Below are positions 38,846 to 49,381 of a DNA stretch of 64,000 nt, piece by piece. How positions within the stretch are numbered: position 1 is the stretch's first letter; every line of letters starts with the position of its first letter. The translations under genes were made by a program, and so were the position numbers. The notes under the pieces are model-generated. The model worked only from the letters and a program-made list of their open reading frames with translations, did no database searches and was not told where the DNA came from. This DNA is from a virus, in IMG/VR virus record IMGVR_UViG_3300025687_000029, positions 1 through 64,000 of that record, one strand, 5' to 3'.

Positions 38846-40057
38846 ATGAAAAAGAAAGTAGAAGATTTAGATTATCCTGATGTAGTCCATTGTAGGAGTA
38901 AGGAAGAATCTGATTTAATAAATAAGTATAATAAGAATGGAGTTTATGATTGGACTGAAAGAGAACCTTATTTGTTATTAGGTAAAGCAGGACATAGTAA
39001 CAGTTCTTATGGTAGAAACTACAATAATTATGATTTCTCAGATATAATATTTCCAGAATCTAAAGAAAAAGCAGTTCACTGTACTACTCAGGAAGAATGG
39101 GATTTTGTATTAGATGTAATTAAAAATCCTTTGTGTTGTAGCAATGATTGGGATGTATATTCTGAAAACTCTATTTTATATATGAATGATGGGTCCAGAT
39201 CTAATACTGATTGGGTTAATCAACATAGTAATAAATTTAAATTGTTAACCTTCTCCCAATGGCTTAAAGAATCAGGTAATGAAGAGAAGTGGGTAGAAAT
39301 AACTAAATCTGAAGAACCTAAACCTAAATTTAAAGTTGGAGACTGGGTAGTACAAAGACAGTCTCAATACTATAATTTTATTGATAATATTACTCAAATA
39401 GTTAAAATAAAAAATGACCAGATTTGGGTAAGACAAAAAAGCGGTGTGGGAGGGGTTCTTGGTTTAAACCGATTTTGTGATGTTTTTAGAGAAGCAACCC
39501 AAAAAGAAATAGATTCTGTTACTAAATCCAAACTATCAGAATTAGATCAATGGATTGAGGATAATAAGGATTTTGAAGGGAGTTTTGAAGAATTTTTAAA
39601 ACAATTTAATGACAGTGATAGTTATAGTTTAATATCATATGAATTATGGTATAAAGTTCCTGGAGATTGGAGTAAAGAAAAAGCCCAATATATTTGGAAT
39701 AAATGGGGTAGGAGTAAAGGTATTGAGGAACAACTGAAGAGTGGTAAAAAATTAACTTTTGCTAAACCTGATGTTCTAGATATTCGGGAAACACTAGGAT
39801 TGCCAGAATTTGATGCTAAATTTCCTTCAAAGCAAGATAAATATCTAGAAGACAATCAAGAATCTATATGTAAATATTGTGAAGATCATATAATTGAAGG
39901 TTGTAGCATAACTTCTACTTTTCAATGTGAAGGTAGTTTTTGTGTACAAGCTACAGAATCTTGGTTAGAAGATAATCCTTTACCAAAACCTCAAGAAACA
40001 ACTATTGTAGATAAATCTGTTTATTTTCCTAAAACAGATGAAAATGAAATTTATTAA
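38846..40057 (+). CDS. Modular hypothetical protein
   Basis: Repeated VHC(R/T)..EE.D modules and a KFKVGDWV module. Confidence 0.6.
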   Translation: MKKKVEDLDYPDVVHCRSKEESDLINKYNKNGVYDWTEREPYLLLGKAGHSNSSYGRNYNNYDFSDIIFPESKEKAVHCTTQEEWDFVLDVIKNPLCCSNDWDVYSENSILYMNDGSRSNTDWVNQHSNKFKLLTFSQWLKESGNEEKWVEITKSEEPKPKFKVGDWVVQRQSQYYNFIDNITQIVKIKNDQIWVRQKSGVGGVLGLNRFCDVFREATQKEIDSVTKSKLSELDQWIEDNKDFEGSFEEFLKQFNDSDSYSLISYELWYKVPGDWSKEKAQYIWNKWGRSKGIEEQLKSGKKLTFAKPDVLDIRETLGLPEFDAKFPSKQDKYLEDNQESICKYCEDHIIEGCSITSTFQCEGSFCVQATESWLEDNPLPKPQETTIVDKSVYFPKTDENEIY

Positions 40058-40090
40058 TAACTAGTTATAAACAATTAAAATTAAATTAAA

Positions 40091-40519
40091 ATGACAAAAG
40101 TATCATTTGTACAAAGAGTACTAAGTTTTATTAAAACTGATGATGAGTCAGCAGTAAAAAGCACTCAAAAGCAAGCTTTAAAGATTTGGAGTAAAGAAGT
40201 TAGTCTTGCTGAAAGAGCTATTAGTAGGCTTAAACAAGATTTAGCTGAAGAAGTTGAGTCTAAAGAAGAGTATATTGCTGAAGCTAAAGAACAACTTGCT
40301 AATTCCTATCTTAATATTGATGTTGAGGCAGTTAAAACTGTAGACGATAGAAAGGATTATGTTGAAAATGTATATCAACAACAAATAGCAAATGCTAAAG
40401 CTAAAGTTGAAAGCTTGGAAAAAGAACTTTCTGATCTTAAAGATGAAGTAAATGCTAAAATTGAAAGAAAAGAAAAAGCAATTGCTATGTATAAAGAGAA
40501 TATTGAAGCAATTTCATAG
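40091..40519 (+). CDS. Coiled-coil protein
   Basis: Heptad-rich; followed by terminator GAGGGG-tgaaaat-CCCCTC-TTT. Confidence 0.6.
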   Translation: MTKVSFVQRVLSFIKTDDESAVKSTQKQALKIWSKEVSLAERAISRLKQDLAEEVESKEEYIAEAKEQLANSYLNIDVEAVKTVDDRKDYVENVYQQQIANAKAKVESLEKELSDLKDEVNAKIERKEKAIAMYKENIEAIS

Positions 40520-40565
40520 TTTTAAGTTTTAATATGAGGGGTGAAAATCCCCTCTTTTTTTAATT

Positions 40566-42485
40566 ATGAAGAAAATATATGTATATGATATTGAAACATA
40601 TCTTCATTGTTTTTTAGCAGTTTATTATGAAATATATTCCAAAGAAACCAGAATATTTGAGTTATCTAAAAATAAGAATGATTTAGAAGAACTAAAAAAC
40701 TTTCTGTATAGTAATAGTGATGAATATTTTGTTGGATATAATAATATTGAATTTGATTATCCTGTAATCCATGATATACTTTTAGGTCATTCTAATACAA
40801 CTGAAGAAATATTTAGTAAAGCCCAAATAGTAATAGATACTGAAGTTAAATGGCAAATAACTATTCCTGAATGGAAAACTGTAGGTAAGCAAATAGATCT
40901 CTTTAAAATTAATCATTTTGATAATGATGCTAAAAGAACTAGCTTGAAAGCTTTAGAAATTGCAATGAAAATGAATAATGTAGAAGATCTACCTTATGAT
41001 ATTGAACAACCTCTAAATGAATCTCAAATAAAAGAATTAACTGATTATTGTATTCATGATGTAAGAGCTACAGCTTTATTCTTTTTTAAGAATCAAAATG
41101 AAATTAAACTAAGATTAAATTTATCAAAAGAATATAATCTTAATCTTCTTAATCATAATGATCCTAAAATAGGTGAAGCTATTTTTATGAAATTTTTATG
41201 TGAAGAATTAGATAAACCAAGAAAATACTTTGTTGAGAATAATACTAAAAGACCTTATGTAGATCTTAAAGATTGTATTCTTGACTATATTACATTTGAA
41301 AACAAATCATTTAATGTATTACTTGATTGGTTAAAAGAGCAAAGAGTTTATCAAACCAAAGGGTTTTTTACAGAGATTCAACATAAAAAACTACATACTT
41401 TATTACCATATATGAATAAGAAGCAGAAGAATGGTAATATAGCTAAATTAAACATAATTTATGATGAAGTTCAGTATGATTTTGGTACTGGGGGATTACA
41501 TGCTTGTATTGATTCTGGGATTTATAAAGAAGATGATGACTTAACTATTATTGACTTAGATGTTGCCAGTTACTATCCAAATTTAGCAATTGTTAATGAC
41601 TTTTACCCAGAACATTTATCAAAGACTTTTTGTAAAATCTATAAAAATATTTATGACAAAAGAAAAGCTATTCCTAAATCTGATAGTAGAAATTATGGAT
41701 TAAAGATAGCACTTAATGGTTGTTTTGGTAAAGCTGGAGAAAGTAATTCACCATTCTTTGATATTAAATTTCTTTTATCAATTACTTTAAATGGTCAATT
41801 ATTACTTCTAAAGCTTGTTGATATGTTATATTCTCAATTAGATATTAAAATACTTCAAGCAAATACAGACGGTATTACATTTAAAGTTAAAAGATCTGAT
41901 GTAAATAAAGTTCAACAGATTAGAAAAGAATGGGAAGATTTGACCAATTTAGAATTGGAAGATGCTGTATACAAACAAATGATAATCAGGGATGTAAATA
42001 ATTATATTGCTGAATATCAAGATACTAAGATCAAACTCAAGGGTATTTTTGAAATAGAAAAAGCTTGGCATAAAAATCATTCTATGTTAGTTATTCCAAT
42101 TGCTTTGAAAGAATATTTCATTAATGATATTCCTATTGAAACTACAATTAAGAATCATAAAGATGTATATGATTTCTGTCTTAGAGAAAAGTTTAATAAA
42201 GGTTTCCAAGGAGAATTTCATTCAATAGATGGTCAAGATATTAAAATAGAGACTACTCAAAAGAATGTAAGATATTTAATATCAAATTCAGGTAAATATT
42301 TCTATAAAAGAAAACTTGAAACTGATACATTAAGTGTTGTAAATAAGAATACAAGATCTATTGAGATGAATAGAATACCAAAAGAATATAATATTGAAGA
42401 TTATGATATTAATTATCATTGGTATATCAAAGAAGCTTACAAAATTAAAAACACAATAGAAGATGGACAATTAAAATTATTTTAA
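40566..42485 (+). CDS. DNA polymerase family B
   Basis: Exonuclease motifs YDIET, GYNNIEFD, YCIHDV; polymerase motifs DLDVASYYPN, KIALNGCFGK, QANTDG. Confidence 0.9.
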   Translation: MKKIYVYDIETYLHCFLAVYYEIYSKETRIFELSKNKNDLEELKNFLYSNSDEYFVGYNNIEFDYPVIHDILLGHSNTTEEIFSKAQIVIDTEVKWQITIPEWKTVGKQIDLFKINHFDNDAKRTSLKALEIAMKMNNVEDLPYDIEQPLNESQIKELTDYCIHDVRATALFFFKNQNEIKLRLNLSKEYNLNLLNHNDPKIGEAIFMKFLCEELDKPRKYFVENNTKRPYVDLKDCILDYITFENKSFNVLLDWLKEQRVYQTKGFFTEIQHKKLHTLLPYMNKKQKNGNIAKLNIIYDEVQYDFGTGGLHACIDSGIYKEDDDLTIIDLDVASYYPNLAIVNDFYPEHLSKTFCKIYKNIYDKRKAIPKSDSRNYGLKIALNGCFGKAGESNSPFFDIKFLLSITLNGQLLLLKLVDMLYSQLDIKILQANTDGITFKVKRSDVNKVQQIRKEWEDLTNLELEDAVYKQMIIRDVNNYIAEYQDTKIKLKGIFEIEKAWHKNHSMLVIPIALKEYFINDIPIETTIKNHKDVYDFCLREKFNKGFQGEFHSIDGQDIKIETTQKNVRYLISNSGKYFYKRKLETDTLSVVNKNTRSIEMNRIPKEYNIEDYDINYHWYIKEAYKIKNTIEDGQLKLF

Positions 42486-42521
42486 TATAAACTTAAAACA
42501 CTTTAAAAACAATAATAGAAG

Positions 42522-43097
42522 ATGAAAAAATTAAGTACATTATTTAAAAAAGATCCTAATGATTTGGGAAAAGTAATAAATGAAATTAATCCTGAAAATC
42601 AATGGGTATTTGAAAATGAAGGTATACCTACTCGTAAATTTGATGGTACTGCTTGTATGATACAAGATAATATTCTTTATAAAAGATATGATTGTAGAAT
42701 TGATAAAATTACAGGTAAATATAAAAAACCAATACCAGAAGGGGCAATACCATGTCAAGAAGCAGATAAATTAAGTGGACATCATCCTCATTGGATTAAA
42801 TGCGATAGAAATAATCCTTCTGATAAATATCATTGGATAGCTTTTGATGCAGAACAGAGAAATTTACCTAACGGTACTTATGAGCTATGTGGCCCTAAAG
42901 TTCAAGGTAATCCTGAAAACCTTTCTACTTATCACTTAATTAAACATGGAGAAGTAGAGTTAATAATAAATGACCTTTCATTTGAAGGAATTAAGGAATA
43001 TCTTAAAATTCATAATATTGAAGGTATTGTATTTCACCATGTAGAAGATGATAGGATGTGTAAGATCAGAAAGTCTGATTTTGGAATTAAAAGATAA
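42522..43097 (+). CDS. RNA ligase-like nucleotidyltransferase
   Basis: TRKFDGT (motif I KxDG), TYELCGP, EGIVF, KIRKSDF. Confidence 0.7.
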   Translation: MKKLSTLFKKDPNDLGKVINEINPENQWVFENEGIPTRKFDGTACMIQDNILYKRYDCRIDKITGKYKKPIPEGAIPCQEADKLSGHHPHWIKCDRNNPSDKYHWIAFDAEQRNLPNGTYELCGPKVQGNPENLSTYHLIKHGEVELIINDLSFEGIKEYLKIHNIEGIVFHHVEDDRMCKIRKSDFGIKR

Positions 43098-43100
43098 ATA

Positions 43101-44363
43101 ATGAACTTAACACACTTCAAGAACGATAGACCTGAATTTCAGAAATATTGTGAAGATTTATGGTTTGAAAATGATTGTGTAGGTTCTTTTTTATTAGGTA
43201 CAGGTACAGGTAAAAGTAAAATTGCTTTAGATTGTTTAAATAGATTGTTTAATAAAAACCAAGATTTAAGAGTTGTAATTGGAATTCCATTAATCAGATT
43301 AAAAGAAGATGTATGGATTAATGAAATGAAGAAATGGGATTATGATTACATGATAGACAAAGTAGAAATACATTGCTATCAGACTCTTAGATCTTGGAAA
43401 ACTGAAAAGATTGATCTATTAATAGGAGATGAAATTGATGAATGTATATCTCCTGTTAATCTTAATCTGTTTAAAAACAATCAAATAGACAAGAGACTAT
43501 TATTAACTGCTACTGCATTTGATGAAAAAAGAACTAAACTTGAAGAATTAGCTCCTGTATTATTGGAACTATCTAGAGAAGATGCTCAAGAATTAGAATT
43601 TATTAATTATTCTAATCATTGGATTATTGAATATGAATTATCTACTATAAATAATATACCTGTTAAATATCCGAAGAATGGTAAAGAACAAGTATTTTAC
43701 ACTTCTGAGAAGAAACAGTATGATTATTATGATAATTCAATGAAACAATATGGAGCTAAACTTATGGATAGAGGATTTAAAGTAGGAGCTAACATATTCA
43801 AGTTAATAGGATATTTAAAAAGTAAAAAAGATGAGCAATCTAAAGCTTATCTGACTTGGGCTTATAAATATTCTAATGCAATGAGAGGAAGAAAGAATAT
43901 TCTTCTAAATAATCAAACCTCAATAAGCTTAACTCATAAGCTAGGTAAAGATATTCTTAATGGTAAGACTGGAATTAAAGATCCTAAAATTCTAATATTT
44001 AGTGAAAGTATAGAGCATATTGAAAAGATATGTAAAAATACTATTCATTCAAATAAAACTTTAGAAGAAAATAAAGAAGTAATAGAAAACTTATCTAAAG
44101 GTAAAATAAGAGCCGCTGGTGCATGTAAAGGACTTACTGTAGGTGTTACTATACCTGGAGTGAATTGTGGTATATATGCAGGTTATTTTGGTGCTAAAAG
44201 AGTATTATCACAAAGAGTTGGTCGAACTATTAGAGATGCTACTGCTGACATAGCAAATAACTACTATCTTGTTGCTAAAAATACTCAACAAGAAGAATGG
44301 TTAAAGAATATGTTAGAAGATATTGATAAGGAATATATTAAATATTTAGATTATAAACAATGA
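43101..44363 (+). CDS. Superfamily 2 helicase
   Basis: GTGTGKS, DEID, LTAT, QRVGRTIR. Confidence 0.85.
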   Translation: MNLTHFKNDRPEFQKYCEDLWFENDCVGSFLLGTGTGKSKIALDCLNRLFNKNQDLRVVIGIPLIRLKEDVWINEMKKWDYDYMIDKVEIHCYQTLRSWKTEKIDLLIGDEIDECISPVNLNLFKNNQIDKRLLLTATAFDEKRTKLEELAPVLLELSREDAQELEFINYSNHWIIEYELSTINNIPVKYPKNGKEQVFYTSEKKQYDYYDNSMKQYGAKLMDRGFKVGANIFKLIGYLKSKKDEQSKAYLTWAYKYSNAMRGRKNILLNNQTSISLTHKLGKDILNGKTGIKDPKILIFSESIEHIEKICKNTIHSNKTLEENKEVIENLSKGKIRAAGACKGLTVGVTIPGVNCGIYAGYFGAKRVLSQRVGRTIRDATADIANNYYLVAKNTQQEEWLKNMLEDIDKEYIKYLDYKQ

Positions 44364-44929
44364 ATATAGAAATAGATGAAAAGAATATTCCTCAAGATAT
44401 TATGCTTCATGAATATTTTCTTTTATATTTAGTTTACACTAAAGATAAAGAATTAGGTAATATATTAAAGACACTATCTGAAGATTATCTGGATAAAGTA
44501 TCAAGTGGACTTGAATATAGATTATACATTAAAAGAACTTGTATTAATCCTGAAGGATGGATATTTAGAAAGAAAACATTGGATATGTTTAATGGACTAA
44601 ACTCCGTATCTTCTGTAGATACTCTGGCTGAAAGAATTAGAGATTTATTTCCAAAAGGTCTTAAATCAGGAGGATATTTAGTAAAATCTTCTTTAAAAGA
44701 TATTAAAGATAAACTAAAGAAATTCCAGAAAGATTATAAATATTCTGATGAAGTTATTATTAAAGGAACTAAAACATATATTACTGAAATGCAAAAAAAT
44801 GGATATGCCTATATGATGTTAGCTAAATATTTTATTCTTAAACAAGATAAAGGAAGTACTTTAGCAGATTATTGTGAAATGGTTGAAAATAATGAAATTC
44901 CTGATGAAGAATTTGTAGATAGGATGTGA
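44360..44929 (+). CDS. Replication protein (putative helicase loader/initiator)
   Basis: Conserved position before DnaB; YFILK...STLADY. Confidence 0.4.
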   Translation: MNIEIDEKNIPQDIMLHEYFLLYLVYTKDKELGNILKTLSEDYLDKVSSGLEYRLYIKRTCINPEGWIFRKKTLDMFNGLNSVSSVDTLAERIRDLFPKGLKSGGYLVKSSLKDIKDKLKKFQKDYKYSDEVIIKGTKTYITEMQKNGYAYMMLAKYFILKQDKGSTLADYCEMVENNEIPDEEFVDRM

Positions 44930-46011
44930 TGAACAAGTATTATGAAAAATCCAAAGAATATAGAGATAGAGGTAAAAAAGGTGAAAATAAAGGTATTCCG
45001 TTAAATTTACCAAAGTTAAAGAAAGTAATACCTAATATACAAAAAGGTAAATATTATTTAATTTCAACTGACTCTGGTGTCGGTAAAACCAAACTAACTA
45101 ACTATCTATTCCTCTATACTCCATTCTTTAAATATATGGAAAATCCTTCTTCATTTGATATTGATATTAACTATTATACAGCAGAAATGCCAGAAGAAGA
45201 GCTTTTAGCTGAATTGCAGGCATATTGGTTATTTACTAAAAAAGGTATTTTGGTTGATACTGATCATATATATTCTCAGGGTGAAAATAAAATATCAGAC
45301 AAAGTGGATAAATTATTGGATTCCTCTGAATGTATTGAAATGATGGCTCTTTTTGAAGAGAAAGTTAATATTGTTAATGAAGGCTTTGGATATAAGTATA
45401 TATACAAAGAACTTATTAAATCTGCAAATAAACATGGTAAGATTGTTTGGGGTAAAGAAGAAGATGGACAAAAAGGATTTATAGAATCTTATACAGAATA
45501 TAATCCTAACATGTTTAATATTAACATACTCGATAATTTCCAAAGACTTCAAAGAACAAATGGTGAGTCTGCAAAACAAACTATAGATGAATTATCTAGA
45601 AGGATGGATTGGGCAAGACAGAAGTTTAATCAGATTTGGGTAGGATTACAGCAAATTAACAGAAATACTAAAAACCTTGATAGATATAAACTGGAACAGT
45701 TCTTTCCAGGACCAGAATCATTAAAGGACTCTGAGAATCCTTATCACGATTGCCAAATATGCATTGTGGGTATTTCTCCGGCAGGATTAAGACTAAAGAC
45801 TTTTGATGGATACAAAGTATTACATGACAAAGAATCTAAAGGTCTACTGGATAGATTAAGACCTATCAGAGTTATTAAAAATAGAGGAGGTATATCTAAT
45901 AAAGTAGGTTATTTAAAGTTTTTTGGAGAGTGTGCTTATTTCTCTGAATTACCGGAACCTGAGAAAATAACCAGAGAACATTATAATAATTTCTTTGAAA
46001 AATACGGATAA
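44926..46011 (+). CDS. DnaB-like SF4 replicative helicase
   Basis: DSGVGKT, YTAEM, ILDN, LQQINR, LKDS, IKNRGG. Confidence 0.85.
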   Translation: MMNKYYEKSKEYRDRGKKGENKGIPLNLPKLKKVIPNIQKGKYYLISTDSGVGKTKLTNYLFLYTPFFKYMENPSSFDIDINYYTAEMPEEELLAELQAYWLFTKKGILVDTDHIYSQGENKISDKVDKLLDSSECIEMMALFEEKVNIVNEGFGYKYIYKELIKSANKHGKIVWGKEEDGQKGFIESYTEYNPNMFNINILDNFQRLQRTNGESAKQTIDELSRRMDWARQKFNQIWVGLQQINRNTKNLDRYKLEQFFPGPESLKDSENPYHDCQICIVGISPAGLRLKTFDGYKVLHDKESKGLLDRLRPIRVIKNRGGISNKVGYLKFFGECAYFSELPEPEKITREHYNNFFEKYG

Positions 46012-46282
46012 TTTCGTATCTTTACAGACTGTTTGCAAATTAAAATTTATGACAAAAGAACAATTTTTAGAGGTCTTAAATAAAGACCCTACTGAGGTAA
46101 CTACCCCTGAGATTATAGAAGTATGTCAATATTATATTGACAATTATCCTGTTAATATTAGACAACCTATGGGTTATACTAAATCAAAACTACTTGTTAA
46201 AATAACAGGAGGTTCACCTGAAAGCTGTATAAAAGCATTTAAAGGATTAAAGAAAAGAATTAATGAATTTAAAAATTAAATT

Positions 46283-46645
46283 ATGTTCAAAACAAAAACT
46301 AAAGTAACAAGAGGAGGTAAATCCTCAAATGAGGAGTATATTGTAATTGCAGATACTCCAACAATTGCAGAAGCAATTCTAATAAAAGAATTAGAAGGAA
46401 CTACTGTAGAGAAAACTACTAATGTATCTGAGTTAAAAGTTCAAGATATATTTGAGAATGGAGGAGGTACTTTCTATGAGATTAAGATTCAATATGAAGA
46501 TGAGTCAGGTACTAAAACTATTAAAGAAACTTATATCCAAGAAGGAGCTGGTATATTAGATAGTATTGATAGATTTAGAAATAGCATAGATTGGGGAGAA
46601 TTAACAAGTGTAAAAGAATTACCATTTTTAGGAATTTTAAAATAA
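46283..46645 (+). CDS. DUF4494-like protein
   Basis: EEYIVIADTPTIAEA duplicated-fold pattern found in Bacteroidota. Confidence 0.55.
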   Translation: MFKTKTKVTRGGKSSNEEYIVIADTPTIAEAILIKELEGTTVEKTTNVSELKVQDIFENGGGTFYEIKIQYEDESGTKTIKETYIQEGAGILDSIDRFRNSIDWGELTSVKELPFLGILK

Positions 46646-46963
46646 ATCATATGGAAAAATTTAAAGAATTGAAAATCTCTAGTGAAAAATTAAGAGATCT
46701 AGTTTATGAAAATTACTTAGTGATTGATGATGTTGAATTAGATATTAAAGAAGTTGATTCTTCTTATGATGGTTCAGGTAGACATACAGAGTATCATAGT
46801 AAAGTATTTTATATTAAAGATACTGATCAATATTTTCAAGTTTCTTACGAGGAATCTGTTAAAGATGAAATGGGTTGGTTTGAATGTAATTATGGAGAGG
46901 CTGAATTAACTGAAGTAGAGCCTTATACAGAAACAATAACTAAATATAAAATAAAGAAATAAT

Positions 46964-47707
46964 ATGGAATTACCAATTAAACCAAAAACACCTGCAAGAA
47001 AGAATCCTTCTTTTATGATATTATTCAGTAAACCTAAAGCTGGAAAAACTACCGCGTTATCATTACTTGAAGATAATCTTATTATAGATTTAGAAAATGG
47101 TTCTGACTTTGTAGGAGGATTAACAGTAAAAGCTGATTCAACTTCTGACTTGGTAGAAATTAAGAAATCTCTAATTGAGATGAAAGATAAAGGTAAGCAG
47201 TATAAGTATATAACGCTTGATACAGCTACAGCTCTTGAAGATATGGTAGGAGATTTAGCTATTAAGATATATAAAGAAACTCCTATGGGAGCTAAATATG
47301 GTACTAAACCTGGAGAAGATAATATAAAGAAACTTCCTAATGGTGCTGGTTATCTTTATATTAGAGAAGCTTATGAAAGAGTTATTAACATGCTTAAACA
47401 ATTTCCAACTGAATGTTTAATCTTAACAGGTCATGTGGCTGATAAGATGATTAATAAAAATGGTGAAGAAGTTTCTGAAATGCAATTAGATTTATCTGGC
47501 AAACTGGGTAGAATTATGTATTCAAGAGCTGATGCTGTTGGGTTTATGTATAGAGAAGGAAATACATGCAAACTCAACTTTAACGGAGGAGGAGATATGA
47601 TTGTTGAAGCAAGAGCTGACCATTTGAGAGGTAAGGAATTTATACTATCTGAGATGGATGATAAAGGTAAAATTAAAACTTATTGGGATAAAATCTTTAT
47701 AAAATAA
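46964..47707 (+). CDS. Sak4-like (AAA_24) ATPase/recombinase
   Basis: SKPKAGKTT, IIDLENGS, ITLDTATALE, GAGY, ILTGH. Confidence 0.8.
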   Translation: MELPIKPKTPARKNPSFMILFSKPKAGKTTALSLLEDNLIIDLENGSDFVGGLTVKADSTSDLVEIKKSLIEMKDKGKQYKYITLDTATALEDMVGDLAIKIYKETPMGAKYGTKPGEDNIKKLPNGAGYLYIREAYERVINMLKQFPTECLILTGHVADKMINKNGEEVSEMQLDLSGKLGRIMYSRADAVGFMYREGNTCKLNFNGGGDMIVEARADHLRGKEFILSEMDDKGKIKTYWDKIFIK

Positions 47708-47711
47708 TATT

Positions 47712-48050
47712 ATGGAAATTAATATAAATAATTTTACAGGAACAGTTCTATTTGAAGAAAATAGAATTACTATGACTACTAATGAACTTGAAGTTATATA
47801 TAAAAAAATAGCTTCACCTACACTAAAAGTAAAAAAGTCTACTGACATACAAACGGATGATAGAATTTATTCAGATAATGCTAAAAACTTCAATAACTCA
47901 ACAAAAGTATGGTTAACTAAAAACGGTATAGATTATAAATTTCAATCTATGGTAAAAGCATCAAAAGCATTGAAAATTCCGTACAGTAAACTTAGAAATG
48001 CTATCAATGGGGATAAAATAAAAATACATGGTTTTAAGATTATAAAATAA
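47712..48050 (+). CDS. NUMOD1-type DNA-binding protein
   Basis: FQSMVKASKALKIPYSKLRNAING. Confidence 0.5.
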   Translation: MEININNFTGTVLFEENRITMTTNELEVIYKKIASPTLKVKKSTDIQTDDRIYSDNAKNFNNSTKVWLTKNGIDYKFQSMVKASKALKIPYSKLRNAINGDKIKIHGFKIIK

Positions 48051-48054
48051 TATT

Positions 48055-48537
48055 ATGGAATTTGGAAAATTAAAAAAAGCAAGTAAAAGAGTTACTAAAG
48101 AAGAGAAGTATGATTATCCTGTTATGACAGTACATACTAAACCAGAAAAAGGATTTTCAAATAAAGTTAGTTTTAATAAAGCTGCAATTAAAGAATTTGG
48201 CTTTGAAGAAGGAGGTAAATTAGCATTTGCCTTTGATGGAGATAGTCTATTCTGTAAGATAGGAGAAGATGCTTATACAGTAACTAAAACTGAAGGAACA
48301 ATTAGTGATAAATCTTTATGTGAAGCTTTATGGGAACATTTTGAAGTAGACGGTACAGAAGAAATAGAATTAGCTATTTATGAAGAAGCTGATAATATTT
48401 ATGGATTTAACAATATAGATATTCTGGATAATACTTCGGAAGAAAATAATTCTGATAATGACTATTATTCAGATATGACAGGCGAAAGTGTGGAAGATTA
48501 TGAAGAAGAGAGTACAATAACATCAGGAATAATTTAA
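48055..48537 (+). CDS. Hypothetical protein with acidic tail
   Basis: ORF in the replication block. Confidence 0.55.
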   Translation: MEFGKLKKASKRVTKEEKYDYPVMTVHTKPEKGFSNKVSFNKAAIKEFGFEEGGKLAFAFDGDSLFCKIGEDAYTVTKTEGTISDKSLCEALWEHFEVDGTEEIELAIYEEADNIYGFNNIDILDNTSEENNSDNDYYSDMTGESVEDYEEESTITSGII

Positions 48538-48562
48538 TAATTAATTTTAAAAATATACATAT

Positions 48563-49381
48563 ATGTTTGATTTAAGTAAAGAAGTTACAGAAAGTAAAGA
48601 AGTTGGTGGTGGTAATTTTGTACAAAAAAACTTAGAACCTGGTATTCATAAAGTAACAATTATGGATTTTGAGGTTAAGATTGCAAGTACAGGTAAATTT
48701 AAAGTAAATGCCTTAGTTGAAACTGCTCCTGTAGAGGCTATTGGAGATAAAGGATTTAAGTATGATGGTGTTGGTGGAGAACATGTAGCTAAAGGATTAT
48801 TTGGTAGAGTAGCTTTGAATAATATATGGTTTGATTTTGATATTAAATCAATGGTTCAGGAGATTGGTAATGACTTAATCCAATTTGGTACAAAAACAGG
48901 CACAATTGATGAATTATCCAAAATTGAAATGTCTACTACAGGCAATCCTCAAGATGATTTAGAAAAAAACCTAAAGAAAGTAGCTAAAGTATTAAGAGGT
49001 GCTTATTTTTATGCTTCTATTAATTCTGAGCAATATATTAATGGTAAAGGTTATCCTGCTGATAATATGTATTTTAACAAAGGATTTATTAAAAATGAAT
49101 CTGGAGAAAAAGTAAGACATGAAGGTACTAAAATTTATCTAAATACAGCAGCATCGGCTCATTCAGTAGAAGCTATTAAAGAAGTTATTATTATAGACAC
49201 TCCTACTGAAGAAGGATTTAATCTTATTGATATTAATGACAAGACTATAAGTACTTGGAGAAAAAATAAAGATAAGACAGATAGTTGGAATTTTAAATGG
49301 GCAGAACAGCCTGATACTGATGAAGATGATGTAGATTTAGGAGATATGCCTGATCTTGATGATGATTTGGGAGGTATTTAA
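48563..49381 (+). CDS. Putative single-stranded DNA-binding protein
   Basis: LEPGIHKVTI, acidic C-terminal tail, position between Sak4 and primase. Confidence 0.55.
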   Translation: MFDLSKEVTESKEVGGGNFVQKNLEPGIHKVTIMDFEVKIASTGKFKVNALVETAPVEAIGDKGFKYDGVGGEHVAKGLFGRVALNNIWFDFDIKSMVQEIGNDLIQFGTKTGTIDELSKIEMSTTGNPQDDLEKNLKKVAKVLRGAYFYASINSEQYINGKGYPADNMYFNKGFIKNESGEKVRHEGTKIYLNTAASAHSVEAIKEVIIIDTPTEEGFNLIDINDKTISTWRKNKDKTDSWNFKWAEQPDTDEDDVDLGDMPDLDDDLGGI

